Made by a program: the position numbers and the translations under genes
NCBI GenBank assembly: GCA_017499595.2
Contig: CM039002.1
Location: 868,001-932,000 of the forward strand
Direction of reading: 5' to 3'
DNA from: Psilocybe cubensis
Lineage: Eukaryota
DNA: 64,000 nucleotides
In this document: positions 60,668 through 64,000 of the stretch, piece after piece
How the letters are laid out: the number at the start of each line of letters is the position of its first letter
Position numbering within the stretch: the first letter of the stretch is position 1
Notes under the pieces: model-generated
What the model saw: only the letters and a program-made list of their open reading frames with translations
Databases searched by the model: none
What the model was told of the DNA's origin: nothing

Positions 60668-62356
60668 TCAAGGACTAACTTTACTGTACTCATCGAGCAC
60701 TTCTGAATTTGAGTCAGGTCGTGCCTGAAGCTCGATCTGTGAGGTTTGAGTGTCGTATTCTCTCGTTACTGCAATCTAAAAATCGAAAAATGTGAATAAT
60801 CCACGGCGCCGCGGTGTACATTGTGCACTACGAACCTTCAGATGTCGCTCGTTTGGTTGTTTCTCTCGTGTAAACAACCGACCAACCCATGAAGTGTTAG
60901 TTTTTGGGAAGTGACCCGGTCTGCCATTTTCGATATCACCGTTGTGGTAGCCTGGGAACGAGCCTGTAGTGTCTGAATCATGGAGCACAGGAGGAGCGTT
61001 GGAAAGTGTGGTTTTCAACCCGGGACTAAAATGTACACTGTCGGGGTTATTGCCGGTGCTGAAGGTGGGGTTCTCGCCGTGGTGGACGTGGTTGTTAAGG
61101 TGTCTGCCACGGTGTCGCTGTTCGGGAGGTAGCCCGGAAGAGGTGGATTGTTGTTGACTCGCTTTACTCCCTGACACCCAGAAGATTGCGGCCGCATTGA
61201 TGATGATCTTTATTAAAAGACATTAGCCAAGAGGGGAGAAAGAGACCATAATTTTTTAAACTTACATCGGCGCTGCAAATGGAGAGATTTACCCAACCCA
61301 TTTCACGTCCGTCCAAGTGGATGAGAACGGCAACGTTGACCGTTGAAGTCGACAAAGCAACGATACCGGCACTGAGAAAGGAGGTGAATACATCAATGGA
61401 TGGTTTAGTATGTTGCGAATGTCAAAAACGTACATGCCAGTTCGAACGGCCAACCTTCGAATCGCACTGCTCTTCACTTTGGCGCCGATGAGAGGATAGA
61501 GGAACATGAACGTGAGGAATAAATTGATATATCTTCAATCCGATGTTCAGTCATTAAAGTTATCTAATAAAAGCAATAGGAACTCACAGGTCATAAACCA
61601 GTAATGGGATAGATGCCCGTGGTTTCAGGCCTATTACGCACTGCCCATTCTCCTTGGTCTCGTATATGGGACCTTTATGATATGGTTTAGGGTCCAGGTG
61701 AAAATCATTGAGGTTAAGTACCCACCGCCGAGCATGAGAGTCATGACAATGCAGTATAGAGAAACGGACACCAGGCAGCATAGATATACGGACGATTCAA
61801 GGCGTCGTTCGCCTTTGGTGGGTGACCATACTATGTGGGCCTTTTCAGCTTGATTATCGTGTCAGCATAAGCGCGATCGACGCGAAAAAGTAAAGTGATG
61901 GACCCACCAAGGAAGGCGTATACGAAAAACTTGGCCGTGGAGTAGAAAACAACACAAAGGTAGGCAGCCGTGATACAAATTGCCTCTGAATGTTCGAGTC
62001 CCAAACCGAAGGTTAAAATGGCGCCTGCTATGGGTAAGAAGGAATTCTTTACAAACTCTTGCGATGCGACTCACTTCCGAGGATGAAAAGCCATGAATCA
62101 AGATACATCAGCACCACCGCCATTCTCGGCCAAGGCATCGACCGTATGCCCTGTATCGACAAGTTCTCATGTTGAAGTCGTCTTGAAATGCAGTGGGTGA
62201 TGGTGGTTAACCCTGAAAGATCAAGTATAAGGTAAAATGAGCCATGCTAAAGCAGTAGGTAGTAAAATCGATGAACTCACCCAGAAAGTAAATGAGGGCG
62301 GTCATGACCTGTAAACCCGGGGACGGGAAGAACACAGGGCGCGGGGCAACCGCCAT
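60668..62356 (-). CDS. Uncharacterised seven-transmembrane, GPCR-like membrane protein (about 9 exons)
   Basis: Spliced reading from MAVAPRPVFFPSPG gives seven hydrophobic segments (LIYFLGLTTITHCI; MAVVLMYLDSWLFIL; AAYLCVVFYSTAKFFVYAFL; VYLCCLVSVSLYCIVMTLML; IPLLVYDLYINLFLTFMFLYPL; GIAGIVALSTSTVNVAVLI; WVNLSICSADVIINAAAIFWV) and a hydrophilic tail. The 3' end is less certain. Confidence 0.8.
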
Positions 62357-64000
62357 GACTGGAGCCTGGAAGACGGGAACAAGGCTGGCAGTGAGGCGGA
62401 GGGAGAGTTAAGCCAGCGGTGAGTAAATGGCGACGGGAACTTTTATTGCACCCTTATATCCAGGATCTTTGGCCCGCTACGGCGATCTACCAGGAGCTCA
62501 TCTCCCCTGTTTAGAGATGAACAGGTGGCGCATATCCAGGAGTAGCAGACCGATATCGACACACGGACCACGGCCATCCGGCCAGTACTGTTTTTTCAAG
62601 ATCAGGGCAGTGATGTTTGAATTTGAATACCAGAACATGTGGACGAGCCAGAGCCTGCCAGAGCGCTCAAACGCACAACACAGTGCGATAATTTGTCTTG
62701 ATCCTCCTTTTCAGATTCTAAAGATTAAGTCCCTGAGTACATTCTTTACAATCCTATTGAGAAAACTCTACCAATTGGCAGAGATAAAGATAAATTTTAC
62801 CCAAGTCAACCTGGTAAATATCGTCGGCAGACGACCAAATGCGACCCCGATGATCACGAGTTGGTCCCATCATGTGTAACTTCAAATTGCCCCATTATGA
62901 TCATGGTGGAGTATGGTACCAATAAACTTGGCCCTGGAGACCTGGAGAAATCGGGCGAAATAGTACAGCGTCAATTTTCAAAAATGAACATCAGTATCTT
63001 GATTCGTAGACTCTATATTCGGAACCGATGTTCAGGAGGATTGGTGGCTTTAATGGACTTAGACGGCTTGAGTACTGGAATCGATTAAATTCTACAGTCA
63101 ATAGGAGAGAACAACTACTCACTTTCTTCTCGCACCGGAGAGGTGAGAACCCAATGTTGCCTTGCCATGTGAAATGTGTCAAAACCGGATGTCATAAGAG
63201 TTATCATGCTTTTCAGAGTCCGGTTTGGACTCTTTTGGACGATAGTCGAACTGGGGACCACCCGAAGATGACCAAGATTTAAAAGGGGCCACCACTCTAG
63301 ATTCCAGCTCATAATTGACCAAACAACTTGCCCTCAATAGGCATCCAGGACAGAAAATGATTTCGAAATTGCCGCTAATTCAGAGACGGACCTAAACCGA
63401 TAGCCAAGCTGCAGCCAGTCGGTAGAAGTCGTTAAAGACCGGCAAGAGGTATAACGCTAAGATCAAGTCGATTTATTCTTCACGCAAAAGGAGGCAGCTC
63501 CAGGCTTAGTCATCGAACAAACGTAAGCATTGCACTGCATCGCAATCGTCTCAGGGGTCAGTTCCGTTGGACGTCGAGGAGCGTTAAACGCCAGTTGCGA
63601 TCATGTTTTCTCAACAGGGAAAATTAAACACGGTCAGGTGGACAGATAGCTAGATTAGACTTTAATTTTTAAGGTACTTTCATTCGTGGTTATTCAAATA
63701 TAACCTCCTGTCTCATTCACCAACAACTGGGATTAGCGCCTAGGATGCCAGCAAGTATGTACCAACATATCTTCAAGCCCGTTATTTTCCGATAAATGTT
63801 GCAAGCCTATAATCTGATTTTGTCGACGTGGTTAAACAGTACTTGCGGGGGGTACTCAGCCCCACGCCCATCATCGTTGATTGTACCCCAGCTGGGCGTC
63901 TGGGGAATTTCCAATCCAAGGTCGCTCGACAGTATCATTCCCCCGAGTATCGTGTACATAGGGGAAATGCAGAAACAACGGGCATGAAATGCTTCTAACA

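Noticed and set aside
62427-64000. 150-aa and shorter ORFs upstream of the 7-TM gene
   Set aside because: No motifs or exon structure; likely promoter or intergenic sequence.

Overview
Intron-rich, gene-dense eukaryotic DNA from a mushroom-forming basidiomycete (Agaricomycetes; inferred from short GT-AG introns with CTAAY/CTGAC-type branch points and from the gene families present). I reconstructed about 22 spliced genes by eye. In order: two paralogous CFEM-like, probably GPI-anchored proteins flanking an 8-bp-TSD MITE; a bHLH factor; capping protein beta; a PPIL3-type cyclophilin; an atypical G-alpha; a THUMP protein; a TEA/ATTS factor; a second MITE (TA TSD); a DDP1-type Nudix hydrolase; a ZIP zinc transporter; an HD-domain protein; RFC5; three tandem alcohol-oxidase-like GMC genes and a PEX11-family gene, divergent from three tandem GH10 xylanases; HEN1; and an orphan 7-TM GPCR-like gene. 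The strongest leads are: (1) an obligatory 2-nt micro-exon conserved in all three GH10 paralogs; (2) a HEN1 with an acidic GW/WG-rich tail resembling an Argonaute hook; (3) a G-alpha lacking the catalytic switch-II Gln; and (4) the AOX x3 - PEX11 <-> GH10 x3 neighbourhood as a possible plant-wall/methanol module. Exon boundaries come from reading the sequence and were not checked against transcripts or databases.
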